In this document: in pieces, positions 25,174 through 39,100 of the stretch
How positions within the stretch are numbered: the stretch's first letter is position 1
Layout of the letters: each line of letters begins with the position of its first letter
Source of the DNA: Tubiluchus corallicola
Taxonomy: Eukaryota > Animalia > Priapulida
NCBI GenBank assembly: GCA_030141605.1
Contig: JAQGDQ010000060.1
Coordinates: 434,001-498,000 of the forward strand
Length of the DNA: 64,000 nucleotides
Direction of reading: 5' to 3'
The notes under the pieces: generated by a model
Told to the model about the DNA's origin: nothing
Database searches by the model: none
What the model saw: only the letters and a program-made list of their open reading frames with translations
Made by a program: the position numbers and the translations under genes

Positions 25174-26424
25174 TTTGCGCTTTTATAAATAGCTACGGCG
25201 AGTTCTACAAACAAAGTGGAGAAGCATCAACTACCCTGAACATCCCACAAACGAGTTACGCTGAGCAATGACGTTGTAACCATAGTCTTTCAAAATATAA
25301 TAGACTGCAGACAGCAGCTTAATACAGCAGTAATAGACAAGGAGACTGAAAGTCACCTTCACCAAGGAAGAGAAACACAAATGTCAGCCTTAATATGGCT
25401 TCCCGATGAATTATCTCTGAAGCCATATCTCAAGTGTTAGATCAACAGGTAAAAAAGAAAATATGACGTAAAGCTTGTGTTACAAAGATCACAAATTTCA
25501 CCCCACACTAACCTCAGTTCATGTTGTAACTTACTGTACACTGATTCAATGACTATGAGAATTGGTTTAGTACCGACTTTTACAGATCCAAAAATAGTGT
25601 CACATGGTCATCAAATTTTTCTTGACTGACAAAAGACGTTAAGCATGTCATGATAAACTTTTGTCGTTCAACGAAATTCTTAAATTTCATGGTCACCTAA
25701 GGCAAAGTGGTCAATGGTCACTTATAAGTAACATTTTTATGGAATCGTTATAGAATGCAAGTCCAGCATGTGGGACGATACTTCCCATTTTATGTTAAAC
25801 TGAAAACAAAGCTTGTACTTTAATCTTTAGCAGTGAATTTTAAACAAAGTAATTAAGTATGACATATGTTTTATCCGCGGAAAATTCTCATCCCTGTATC
25901 TTAGTAAGCAGTTTCACATGACACTCCTACTTAAGGCAAATTCACAAAATCAGTGCATCTTAATGACCGATAGTCACATGATCTTGCTCTCCTGATTACA
26001 GGTAAAAATTTATATCGTCAGACTTGTATTTAACATTTTTGCGCTATGCATACTATGTACTATCAAACTTATATGCTATAATGCCAGGCACAGTCTAGGT
26101 TGCATAAGAATTATTAACAAAAAATTCAACTACATGGACACACGATAAAAAAATGTAATGTCATTAGAGAGGTGCCATGCAATTTTCTATATGCTGTGAT
26201 AAAAAGTGAAAGTTTCATTGAATTTTCTCAGAGTTTCTATTTCACAATGACTTTACAATCTATTTCACAGGTCCTTAATTGGGAATCACATAATAAATAA
26301 CTAGGAAGAAAGATAGAGTTGTACAGTGTTATCTGGATTGTACAAATTTAGAGTGACAGGACCCATGCGAATTTCTTTACCAAAAGTAATTGGGCTGACT
26401 GCACGTAGCGATGAAATGTAAGTA

Positions 26425-26829
26425 CACTCATATCTGGGTTTGTCGGACCTCACTTTTACAGATATCGGAAAATTCGGACAACATCTGGTCCGTTAAAAGT
26501 CCTGTATAATATAAACACAGTCTGTTATTTCGCGAGCTGACCGCTAGTTGGCAGGCTGTTTACATCACGTACGTCAGCATAATCGCATATATTTCTCTAT
26601 GTATAAAAATATAGAGAAAATTGTGCCGAGCTATTTTAGTCAATTGCAGACAGTTTTTATATACCTTTGCATACTAGATGCTTTTGAGACAATTAGGTAA
26701 TTGATTCTACATTACCGTCAGTTTAATACACGGCTCCTACTGTATTAGCTTATTATCGATAAATACGGACAATTGGCAAATTCGGTCCGAAGTCTCCCCA
26801 CTTTTGTCCGACGAACCGAGATATGAGTG
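26425..26829. mobile_element. Tc1/mariner-type MITE
   Basis: TIR CACTCATATCTGGGTTTGTCGGAC / GTCCGACGAACCGAGATATGAGTG, TA flanks. Confidence 0.8.
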
Positions 26830-27284
26830 TATAATGTAACACAAATGGTGGTATTGCTGTTACAAAGCTTACAAATACTACAACATCCTACAAGTTTTGT
26901 TCTATCTGTACAATCCTAAGGCCTTGCTACATTTTACGTCCCAGATACTACTAGAGTAGCTGAGTGGTTATGGTTTATGTTTCAGCAAGTGAAGTTAAGC
27001 TATGTCAAACTTAGTCAGTAATGGGGTTGGTGCCCACCATCAAATTTGCTATGATGATTTCTTTTTTTCAACTATTTACCATTTTCAGAGAGGATATATC
27101 GATACATATGGTACTTCTACGTATATTAAGTTGCCTTCACAGCTATTCGTGTATTGCCCGTTATAAAACAATTAGATGAGATCTAAACATGGCTACATTC
27201 TAGGGAGAATCAGTGCATTGAATCAACAACCCAAAATGAGATTTGTTAAAGGAATCTCACCATGTTCTCACACAATTCAATTTA

Positions 27285-27760
27285 TTTTTTTTTCAATTCA
27301 ATTGTAATTTATTTATCTCTTTATAATACTACAATAAAACATGATTAATAAAAGAATCGCTAATAAGTTCAGAAGAATGGTTAAAATGTATAGATAGATG
27401 TAGAACTAGAGAAAGGGTAGCAAAAAGACTATAAAGTGACCTAGTCTGCTATCCTTTACCGAATATAGATAAAATGATCGTTAGACACTGGTGGGCATTA
27501 ATGTTATCAGTTTAATTTATGAAACATTAATTATTTTAAAATTATGACATTTGCTATATGATTAGGTAATCCAGAGTAAAGAAAATACATGTACTTTAAT
27601 TTGCGGGCAACAAAATAAGGTCAATCTTGATTAAACTAAAAAATAGCATTTAGATTTTATGTGAAATACAGGTCAAAATTGTCATGAAATGATAAAAACA
27701 CTTTGGGTTAATAATGCAATTAATCAACAACAGGAGTTAAATACATTTTGATTTGATTTC
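27285..27760 (-). mobile_element. Dispersed repeat, probably a LINE 3' end with (AATTG)n-like tail; second copy at about 43815-44270
   Basis: The two segments align over about 450 bp in the same orientation. Confidence 0.65.
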
Positions 27761-29971
27761 AACTTCATTATTTCTAGACTTATTGATTAAGAACAAATCT
27801 ACTGACTTGGACAATAATACTAAATAAGAGAACTATTTTAGAGACAACCAAAGTCCTACAAAAACATTCATAAGCAGCTGCCAAAATATTTTCTATACAA
27901 ATTCATCATGCTTTAGTCGAGCATTTAAACCCAAGATCTGCTCACACTTCATGTTAATGGTGAACCAGAGCTAAGCACATTATCACGACCAATCCTCAAA
28001 AAGGCACTAAACCAGCGGGAGTGCCAGCCATGTTTAGAACACATATGAGAACACTGATTAATCTTAGAGCATAACTATGTAGACAGGACAATTAATTTTC
28101 TTATTTTAGAGAATTAGAAGGATTTTTGTGTAGGGCCTACATTATAATTGTAATGTGTTATGTTTACAGTCCACTATACACACAGTATACTTACACACTG
28201 GATGCATACAATACAGTCCATGCAACTTACAATCACCTCACTTTATGCAAGTCACTAATAATACGCTAGTCTTTGAATTTTGCTAAGGTTTTCCTGACAA
28301 AGTTAACCTAAAAATCACTGTGAACATTTCACCACAATTAATGATCCATAATTTTGACCGATCTGTGCAGAAGGGACCGTACGCTAGTACGACTATAGTA
28401 GTACCTGTACGGTAGGTTAAAAATTATAACTATCTCTATACACCAGTATCACAAGTATGAGTATGACCCTATCGATGGCGTTAAAAATAACAAAATGCGA
28501 TATCACCCACTCAAAATAAAAATGATAGATCTTACGTTTTATGGCAAACATTAGTTACGCAGACAGCAAAATACGAATTTACGTCCAAAACAAAGCATTT
28601 GCAACTCATGCATTTTCGAATTTGAACGGCATCAGCTTAGTCATCAGTCTGTGACACAACACGTGCACTGTATTGCCCTTAGTACACAAATGAGTGCCTC
28701 CTCCATCTATCGGTAATAAAGTTAACAATTAGCAGGGCAAGTTAGGTAGTAATATAAATATAGTATCTATGGACAAGAGTTTTTCTTTAATAAAATAATA
28801 CTTAGTTATTCTTAATAAGTAATTATAGACTAAGCAAGCAAAATTTAGTTTAATAGCTCTGCTCTGTCCTTTCCCTGATCGTGGAAACTGCACAATCACC
28901 AAAAATTTCAACTAAATGATTGCAGTTGCAGTTATTTTAGGGTGTCGCCATTATATGCTGGCAAACAGAAATACATAACAGCCGTGATAAAAAAAGAGAG
29001 AATCCGTCAGTGTCTGCACTGGCAAAGTCGTTTAAATTGTTCAGCTTTTTAAACTGAATAACTTGAAGATGAAATTTATTCATAGCATAGAGTACAATAA
29101 GTTGAAAAAGAACCAAGATTAAGAAATAACTCTGAAGGGATTTAAAGTTTAATATTTCTTTAACTGGTTCAGAACAATGAAAAGCATAGACGTAATTCTA
29201 TCATGTCTAACAACAAATAAAATTTTATTAATATTAATAATGAATGCAAGCAATCGAACTGATTAGAAGTAGCTATAGTGCGCAAAACAACAAAACTAAA
29301 AATTGCAAAAAATATAAAATGTCACACGTTGACTATTTGTAATATAATTTTCAGCATAATGTAATAATTATATAATATCAAAATTTATAGTATTAAAAAG
29401 GCACTGCTTATGCCAGATGCATCTGGACTCCAAAGATAATTTAATCACATTTGCAATAACCAACCAACAAAAGTATATCACATTCATTTGGAAATAACTG
29501 TAGTATTAGGCAAGAAACATTAACCCTATATAGAAATAAGTAACAGACATATTAAACCTTATATAACGATTAATAAAAAGTACCACTTTTAAAATCTACA
29601 CTATTTTATTATCTGATCAAAAATCTTTAGTTACACAAAATGTTAATGGCAGTGATTCGTAAACTCTGCATTAATAAAAAATGATCATCATTTATGTTAT
29701 TATGACAACAATTTGCTAAACAATTAACAAGTAAAAATGCTTCAAATACATACAATAAAATTACTTAACTTTCTTGTTAATAAGTTAGCAAAAAATTTAA
29801 ATATTTGTGCCAATTTACAGAATATTTTCAGTGAAATAGTTGTTAACATAATCAATGTGGTTCTACATCAATCTATAAATGCAATAAAATGTCACTAAAT
29901 CTACATAATTCTGATCCACGGTGGAACATTAACAAACATTAACAAACAAGGAATAAAAATAAAACAGTTGA

Positions 29972-30113
29972 TCACAGTTTTGCAGGAGTGGCCTGTAGTG
30001 AACCCGTCTTCCATAAAGCCAACTGATCATTCATTGCTTTGTGTAAGTGAGAGTAGAATTTACGTGAATCTGTGTCTTCATCACGAGTCCAACAAACTAT
30101 GAAAAATGTGAAC
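29972..30113 (-). CDS. CROT: CROT terminal coding exon (FTFFIVCWTRDEDTDSRKFY...ATPAKL*)
   Basis: ttgcag acceptor; ends GCA AAA CTG TGA (AKL*, PTS1). Confidence 0.9.
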
Positions 30114-33100
30114 CTGCAATTTTAGATAATAAACAATCAGTCATAACCGAATTATAATTACAGTACAACACAACTACCGCCAAATCACGTTAAAAACACC
30201 AATTCTCATCTGATCACCGAAGTTAACCAATGCAGAGCCTGGTTAGTACTTGGATGGGTGACCGCCTAGGAATACCAGGTGCTGTAGACTTGCGGGATGC
30301 CCACACTGTATCTTGACACTAAGCGAGAAGCTGCACAAGCAGCCAACGGCTAGAGGGCAGAGGAGGTCAATTGAACCAACGGCCATGTGTAGAGGAGTAA
30401 ACCTTCCAAATCAGGAGTGGAGTCCCAAAGGCGGACCAGTGCAGCATGCTCACTGACTCCGACTGCTCCCGCAGCCAACCTGGTGCCAAACGTATCATTC
30501 CGCTTTCCTTTGGACTACACCAGGGAGGAAGAGAGGGGGTTCCTGTTGTCTGGGCAACTCAGGATCTCCATACACCTTGCCAAGGCATGCGAACTGGAGA
30601 GGTCACTCCAGTGTCACTGCTCCAGTGACAGAAACAACACGGGAGGCAACAAGTACAAGTTATAAGCCTAGAGCGAATTTGCGTGAGCTCGGGCAGCTAT
30701 GAGCTGTCTAACTGCCATTCAAGGATCGCACTGCTCAGCCACAGTCGACGCTGCGGCTCCATCAATGTGATAAATAACTGACTCTCTTGGCACACACTCC
30801 ATTGTCTTCCGAGACAGAAGGATGCCAGGAACAACACATCGTTATAACAAACCTTCTAGGGACCCAAAAAAAGACCGAGGTAGTCTATATGCATACGCAG
30901 CTAGTCATGCATATATAACAGCTAGGGGGCCATCCACATATAACCATAACAAGTTTCCGACAGATTTCAAGGATCTACTTACCTTGCGTTATAATGGCTT
31001 TATCATGTGCCCCATCATCTACTTACCTCCTACACCGATGTAGCTTTTTGTACATTTTATTCTTCCTCCCAAGAACAACAAAATCACTTGTGTTAATTAA
31101 CGGGGAAACCATCAGTGGATTCTACTTGCATCGGCAGTGGAGACAGTGGCAACCTCAATTCACTGAACTCATTCCCATGAATCCATTCTGCAGGTTCCTC
31201 CACCTCACGGCCGATTACAACCACCACATGAAGTTGAAAAAAGCGCGTAGTCAGACAACGAAAATGACTAAATCACCTACCTACCTTGCGTTATAATGGC
31301 ATAACACCCTGCTAAAGATGGGAGGTTTCCTGCTACCTACCTACTCTAAACTTGATACCGTTATATGTGGATGGCCCTAAATGGAAAAATGTATTAATAA
31401 TAAGTGTATAAAAGTAATGTACATGTAGCTTCACACAAGATGTAAAGTACTTTTAGAAGATGCTGTCAAGAACCAACTACTTTGCAGTTGGAGATGCTGT
31501 CAAGAACCAACTACTTTGCAGTTGGAGATGCTGTCAAGAACCAACTACTTTGAAATAAATTCTATGAAATATATTTTATGGACTTCAATAAACTAAAAAA
31601 ATAATGAACGTTTCATACTAAATTGCATGTACATGTTCAATTGTAAATTTACGTGATATGCCCTAAAAGGCAATAAGATTTATAAATGTCAGTCAATTTT
31701 GTTTGCAGAGAAATTTCCGTTTCGTCATAACTGCAGTAGTATTCATCACTTGACGAAACATTTCAGCAGTGCGCTGCCTGTGTACATACGTAAATCAGCT
31801 GCGTTCCAAGCTGCTGAGTGACTCATTGTTTTTATGCAGTTAGCAGACAAAATGACCTTGTGACAAGACATGTGTACAACTACGCATGCTGCACGGTGCA
31901 CAATCGACAACGTTTTGCAGCACCAGGAATTTAACTGTAAATTAATTTGCAAATGGCTGTCAAAGGTAGAGTACGAAGCAAAAGCTCATAAACACAGGCA
32001 ACGGGAGTCCGATTAAAATCCGCAATAACCGAGTATGTTGTATTCAAAATTTTATACTCGTCACATGAACGATGAATATGTTTGCTGTCTGTTCACATTA
32101 CTGGTTGGACACAATAAACCATACCCTATAATGCTGTTATACTGTATCTCACATCCATGCACTAATAAAAAAATACTTGGCAAATACTCAAGTAATTAAT
32201 CTTTTGAAATTTGACTAAACATTTGATTGCTCTTTGTGAGATGACTTACGACGGATCGTTGATTCGATAGAAGCATCCATAACCATGTGGACACATGGGT
32301 GCAACGCCGCCATGTGCTGTAGTGTAGCCTATCCAACTGGTGGACAATATGAAATTCCCATCACCACCACTACAGGTAAGAAAGTTTAATTTTATATAAA
32401 TTACTATAATCATAGGCAATCCAAGTGTATGTGGTCATTATAATACAGTAGGTGCCGCTTAATAAACTCACAGTTAATAGACTCTATCGCTTAATTGACT
32501 CAAAAACGCCTGGACCGGGCCGCTTCTGTTCAAATATACATAAAAACTATCGGTAATTGACTCAAATAACTCCGTATAATTGACTCAATATTTTTCCTTC
32601 ACCTACTTAAAATAAGATATTTGCATGTGCCCAAAGAGCCTTTCCTGCTTTTACATGCAGAAACAATCATGTTAAGTACCGTTTCGTTTGTAAGCAGGTA
32701 CGTTTATCGTGCGCTAATACGCTAGCGTAGTGATTTTGCTTTGAATCTGTTACCCGCTCGCCCACTGTTGCCCAAAAAATTTATGGAATTTAATCACTTG
32801 CCTAGCGGTTTCCTTTTGATGTTCTCGTTGCAAATCACGTTTTCAGGCTTAATGAATTAACAGTCAAAGATGCAGGTACAGTAATCAGCCAGTATTCCTT
32901 GTGACTTACATAAACATCGTACAGCAAATAAGAACAATGTAAGTGAACAGATGATTCAAAACTGTTTTAGTCACGCACATCAACAGATTTTCAATGTTTT
33001 TATAATTACGAGAACTTTGTGTGCCAACTTTTGAGCGAGAAAATGAAGCAGCCGACTTTGAAGGAATTTTTGTAATTTTTGCAAATAAATAGATTTAGAA

Positions 33101-36100
33101 AAGTCTGTGATTTAGAAAAGTATACTCTTTAATGTATTGCTAATTCACTTATATAAATTTATATTTTAAAATATTTTTTCTAATTTTTAACTGCATAAAG
33201 GAATTTACGCATTACTTCGTTTCTGAAATTCATTAAAAACCTTTGCAGTGCATAGTAAGCTGATGACTCTCATACTTCTATACCTGTATTACCCATCGGT
33301 TAATAGGTTCAGTCGATTAATTGGGTCAAAACACGCTGGTCCCAAAGTGAGTCCACTAAGCGGCGCCTACTATAATATAAAAAACGTCTTAGCCAATTTG
33401 TTGATAATTAAATGAAAACTGGTCCAATTTTTAATCTATAGCCCCAAACTATCTACCCTACAAAACACAATTCTATTTTTTAAAGAATGACTTATGTGAA
33501 AGAATTACCATAAGAGAAACGTAATTTCGCATTTGCACAACTAGTTCTTCGCTGTTAGATGCATTTATGACATCATTCTGTTGTGATATCAGTACTAGCT
33601 GGGCTAGCTCACCATTAATTAAGTTTTTAACCCATTATTTAATTATCAGAAACATTTTGGGATTATTACAGGTGATGAAATGTGTACTTTTTATTGTACT
33701 TCAAAATGGGGTAGGATATGAAAAATCATCCAGTTCCAGCAAACCACTTTGGAGTGCAAATACGTAACCATGATAGTGCAGTGCCAGTTTCATGACAAAC
33801 CAGCTTCCTGAACCAAACTTGTTTATAAGTGTAAAAAAAACAACCACATATCTGATATACATTTATAAATTACAAACAGCGAGACTTGAAAAGATATAAA
33901 TGAACTAAAGAGTGAACTACAGACATTTGAAGGGCTGCCTAGTTTGGACTGCAAAGGTCGCTGATTCACATCCAATTCAGTAAAAAATTTTCGAGTTCCA
34001 CTTTTAGTCAAAATATTTTTTAATTAATTAATAATCAGGGGATAATGATGCTATCGATTATCTAACAGCACCTATGAATTACGGTGGTAAAAATGATACC
34101 ATCTAGTAACGCCAACGGAAAAAATCAACTGACCTTTTTGCCCATGAGGGGTCAGTGTAAATTTCTGGCATAGGTAAGCCCTTTTCTCTCACCAAACATT
34201 GCAATCCAAACAAATGTCTGTCATAACCTTGAGCATTCATGGCTTCTTTCATCAAATTACTGTGTTTGGCCTTGGCTTTCTGTAACAACTCACGGCGAAC
34301 TTCTACCTAAAACAAGTTAGGCAATGTAAAAACACTTAAGCTGAATAAAATGAGATAAAAGAAAACGAAAAAGTGCACAAACAAACAAAGAATATATTTT
34401 TGTGCAAATGAGTGACACTAACTGCACAACCAGAAGGGATCTTTAAATATGTCATAGTCCTTAAAATTTGTGAAACCAATTGCTCTTGAAGTTTTCACAT
34501 ATTTCACATATTGCACAACAGACTAATGATCAAATACACATATTTTCAAAATATATTAACTTATTTTGTGAATAAACTTAGCGGCATGTTCAGACTAGAG
34601 AGTCTTCTCTTGTGAGTTCTGTCGTGAGTTTCGCTGAGTATCAACTCGCACTTTCTATCAGAGAAAACTCTCAGCAACTCTTGAAAAATTTGCAAAAACT
34701 TGCCTACTACAGTGGCTGCAGAACTTGCAAATCCATTCACACTTGTGAATTTACTCTCAGATGAAAAAACTCTCTAATGTGAAGCGCCATAACATACGTA
34801 TCCTAAAACGGGGGTTGACATTTAACTGACAAATATTGATTTTTAAACTAAAAAAATGCTTAAAACAGTTCCTAAACATAATGTAAAAAATGTGCAAACA
34901 ACTGCTCAGGAGTTCCACACACCTGGGAGCTTAAAGAATCTCTTTTTGACACAAGAAATTGGTGACAAGAAAAAAAATCGTATTGGTTAAGAAAATCAAA
35001 GATACTACACCGAGGCTTCTCAAAGTATCAACGTAGTTCAAGTTTACAATTTTCAACAGAACAGCTTCTAAAATGAGATACTAAAATGAGCAAGGTTATG
35101 TTAGTCACTTTCAGAAACGTATATGATACATCCTTTTGAATGAACCAACAAAACTGCCCAAAAGCGATTTTCGAAACGGTCAACAATCCATTCGAAACTG
35201 GCCCAGCACTGCATCACCCGTTAAGCACACACAGTGAATTGCAAAAACATGTTATGACACTTACAGAAGATGACGGATCACTCATAGCTTTACACCATTC
35301 GACCGATTCCGTTGTACAAGCTCGAACGGTTTCAGTTCGACCGTGATAGAACTTTCTAGTTGCGGCTGTTTCATACGTTGGAACTACCCTAAATCAAATC
35401 GAACACACTTTCACATCATCTCACCATTAAAAGTAACACTGGCTTCAATAAACATGTTTATTATCGTCCTACACACGTTTTACCCTGATAAGGGCTTCAT
35501 CAGGGACCATGACACAAATCAAACATCATAATTCACCAAAACAGTTATAGAAAAAAGCAGTGAAAAACATTTAAAGGAAGACAGGATGGTTTTTCATATA
35601 CTACCTCATTTTCAAGTCCGATAAAAAATATACATTTTAACAAATTAATACTGCAAAAGCAGTATAATTAAATAATAGCTTAAAAACTTAATTAACATTG
35701 GGCGAACCAAACTATTGATGACATCACAAACTAACACAATTTTCAACAGCAAAAATATTCCACGAGCATGTTGCACACGTTGCAAAAGCAAAAATTGAAG
35801 TACAATGCTACTTTAAGGTATTCAGTGTGTTGTATATATAATTAATAATATATATTAATATTATATATAATTAACCACAAAGTAGGTAGTTAACTGCTTG
35901 ACCCAGTACTGAGCTAAATTGTTTTAGCATTCTAATCAATACAGTTAACATGGGGAGAGAAAGCATACGGAGGTTCATAACACTCACAGTTGTACGAAAG
36001 TTACACAGGTTATGCACTGAGTATCAGTTTTCAAAAACATTTCACATTTCAAAAACCCAAGAATTGCCAGAATTTTACTACATTCTTGCAAAATGCTGAA

Positions 36101-39100
36101 TATTTTCACAGACTACGTGCAGGCCTGAGGTAGGAAACAATTCGTGACCAATCTTATTAAAACATTAAATTTAAGTATGTTTAATAATGTAATGAATAAT
36201 AACAACGTAGGTACTAGGAAACAGGGGTACTAATACACCACAAGTAATTGTTTATTGTAGTTGATATATAAGCAAACATCAGTCAATAATAAAGATGGGC
36301 AGGGGAATGAACTATCATCAGCTTAAGTATTGTAAAGTCATGACACGCCTCTGCACATCGAAGCCTTGTGTCATTAATAAAATGACACAGCTAATGCATA
36401 TACCTTTTGTACATGTAGTAGTAAGCCAGTTGAATAGAAAGTTGAACAAACACATCTGGGTGAAGGTTCACTCCAACGTTGGCAAGATCTCGTACGCTCG
36501 AGTGTCCAAAACATGTGAAAGTAACGCTGTAGCTGTCAATGTTCATTCCCTGAAAACAAAGATCATCCATCATAAGAGAACCAAGTTATCCACGTTTTTT
36601 TTATTATTGTGAAATAGACAGAAAAATAAACCTTTGGCCACAGTTACCACTGATAAAGAGGCCTCAGGAAGAAGAAATTGCATACAGGTGGTGCAACAGA
36701 TGAAATGATACAAATAGATTAATGTACAATGAAATAAATACATTACCACAATGCTACGTACTAATAAGCAAAAGGCATAAAATGAACCACACTAATAGGC
36801 AAATCAACGAGTATTTTTATATATGTTTGAACAATATCAAATATAACTATATTTTGGTCATGGTTTAGAAGGGTACTACCGTTTAAGAATATACTAATTA
36901 GAGATTCAGTATCCAAAAGAATGATGTCAAATGGAATAATATTATTTTTTTAAGTACTTGTGTATGAATTGCTCTCTACTTACAGCATATAGAGGGCGCA
37001 TTCGAGCAAATAATGGCTAATAGATTCAATATAATAACCACAAGAACATTTTTTACCAACGATATTACCACTAGAATCTTTACTACTACGAATGTTTAAA
37101 TGATGATTAAGCTGAGAAAACCCTATCCTTAAACGAGTACGGTGTATACAGTACGAAATTTTATCATGAGTTAGCACGAATTCAAAAGTTTGTATATGCA
37201 TGGTCACGCAAGAATGTGTGTAAAAATATGAAACTCTCATTTTAAGACTAACTGAAGAGTATCAGGTCACTAAGAGTTTCTGTGTTCAGTGATTGTAGGT
37301 TTGACCAGGGTTAGAAATGGGGGGATATCTGTTCTATTGTTATTCAAAATATCTATAATCTTTTGCGTCTTCAGGCACTACTATTATACAGTGTTCCTTC
37401 GCTACTTCGCGGTTCGTTTATCGCGGACTCGCTGTTTCGCGGGTTTTTGCGGTACTCCGTCTAAAGTATTTTTGCACATGCGTAGTACGTATTGTACAGT
37501 AATGTATAGATTTGATGAATTTTGCATAAAGAATCCCAAAATGTGTAAAAAAATATTAATTCTAACATTAAAAGCATATTATAAATCATAAAAAATTATC
37601 ATTTACAGTAAACAATGTATTTATTCGGCAGATGAATACACACCAAACACGAAATGTAGTACTTGCGCCCGCTTAAGATGCTACTTGCTGACGTGAGATT
37701 GTACACAACACATTTGTCCCTACTTCGCGGAAATTCATTTATCGCGAGTGGGCCTAGAACGGAAAACCTGTAGAAATTTTTGTCAAGTGTACACTTTACA
37801 ATAATATTTTGGCCTTAATAGGCAGTGACTTGTAAGCATAAATGGCAGGGTTTATGTTGAATTTTTGTCGTGCATAGAACAATGAAAGCGACTGTAAATG
37901 TACAGTGTTCCCTCACTTATTGAGGGTGTTCCGTTCCAGGCCCACCCGCGATAAGTGAATTTCTGTGAAGTAGGGACTCGATACTTATTTCAGTAGTTAT
38001 ACATTATTTTAAGTCTTTATAAGTCCCCATCAATCAACCAATCGTGTGTTGTGTACAATCTCACGTCGGCAAGTAGCATCTCAAGGAGGCGCAAGTACTA
38101 CATTTCGTTTTTGGTGTGTAGTCATGCACCAAATAAATACACTATTTACTGCTAATCTATACATTACTATACAATACGTACTATGCACGTGCAAAAATAC
38201 TTTAGACGGAGTACCACAAAAACCCGCGAAACAGCGAAAATACCGCAATAAATATTTTGCATTAATATTTTTGAAAATCCGCAAAACACCGATAAACGAA
38301 CCGCGAAGTAGAGAGGGAACACTGTAGTGTATGATTTAATGCAAGCATGTCACTTTAATAAATATTTTCTCACTCACTCACTCTCTATATGAACATTCAG
38401 ACATGCAAACACCTTTTATAATGGATTACAGTGTACCTACAGCAATGGCATATTGTTCTTTAGCTTTTGAAATGGCACCTTTAATCTCACTGTCACTGAC
38501 AAATTCAAGCTCAACTGGCTTTGGCATTGGCCTGACCTCTTGACTGCCCTAAACGCAAAAAATACAGTATCGAAAACATGAAAATGATGTCAGTCAGAAC
38601 CAAGCAGTCAAGATGCTTAATAATTAACCAGAAAGGAATAATTAACTGTCTAAACCAGTGCTGGAATAAATTGTTGAAATTAACATATAATCAATATATG
38701 TTATTGATATATAACATGATATATAATCACACTTAACACATGGAGAGTAAAGAAGGGGTAGATATAAACACATAAGAGGAAATTTCTTTGTGGTTTCAGG
38801 AGAAGACGATAAACACTTTGAGGCGTTTCTTCATACCAGAACAGGCGGAGAAGGTTAAACCAAAATTAATCACCAAATCAACAGCAATACAAAGACTCTG
38901 AAATGTAAAAGATACAGTTAGTCGTCGCTTAACGACGTTAACACGTTCTAGCAAAATGCGACGTTAAGCGAAATGTCGTTAAACGATGTCAAGATTTCCA
39001 CAGAAAGTTAATGTAAAAGAATTGAGATACGTTACAGAGGCAAAAATTAATGCTGCTTATATCAGACAAACGAAACAATTTGAGTTTAATTCGTATTTCT

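Noticed and set aside
24791-25214. Poly-Leu and Ala/Thr (antifreeze- or mucin-like) ORFs
   Set aside because: Translation of a GTT/GCT microsatellite with no gene context
30173-30291. Functional 5S rRNA genes (also 58387-58500)
   Set aside because: Diverged 5' part, no T-run terminator, fused to a shared body with TSD; these are SINE heads
30417-30665. Recurrent small ORFs such as RRTSAACSLTP..ANLVPNVS (also 47482-47814 and 58006-58260)
   Set aside because: They recur only because they lie in SINE copies; starts and ends are not conserved
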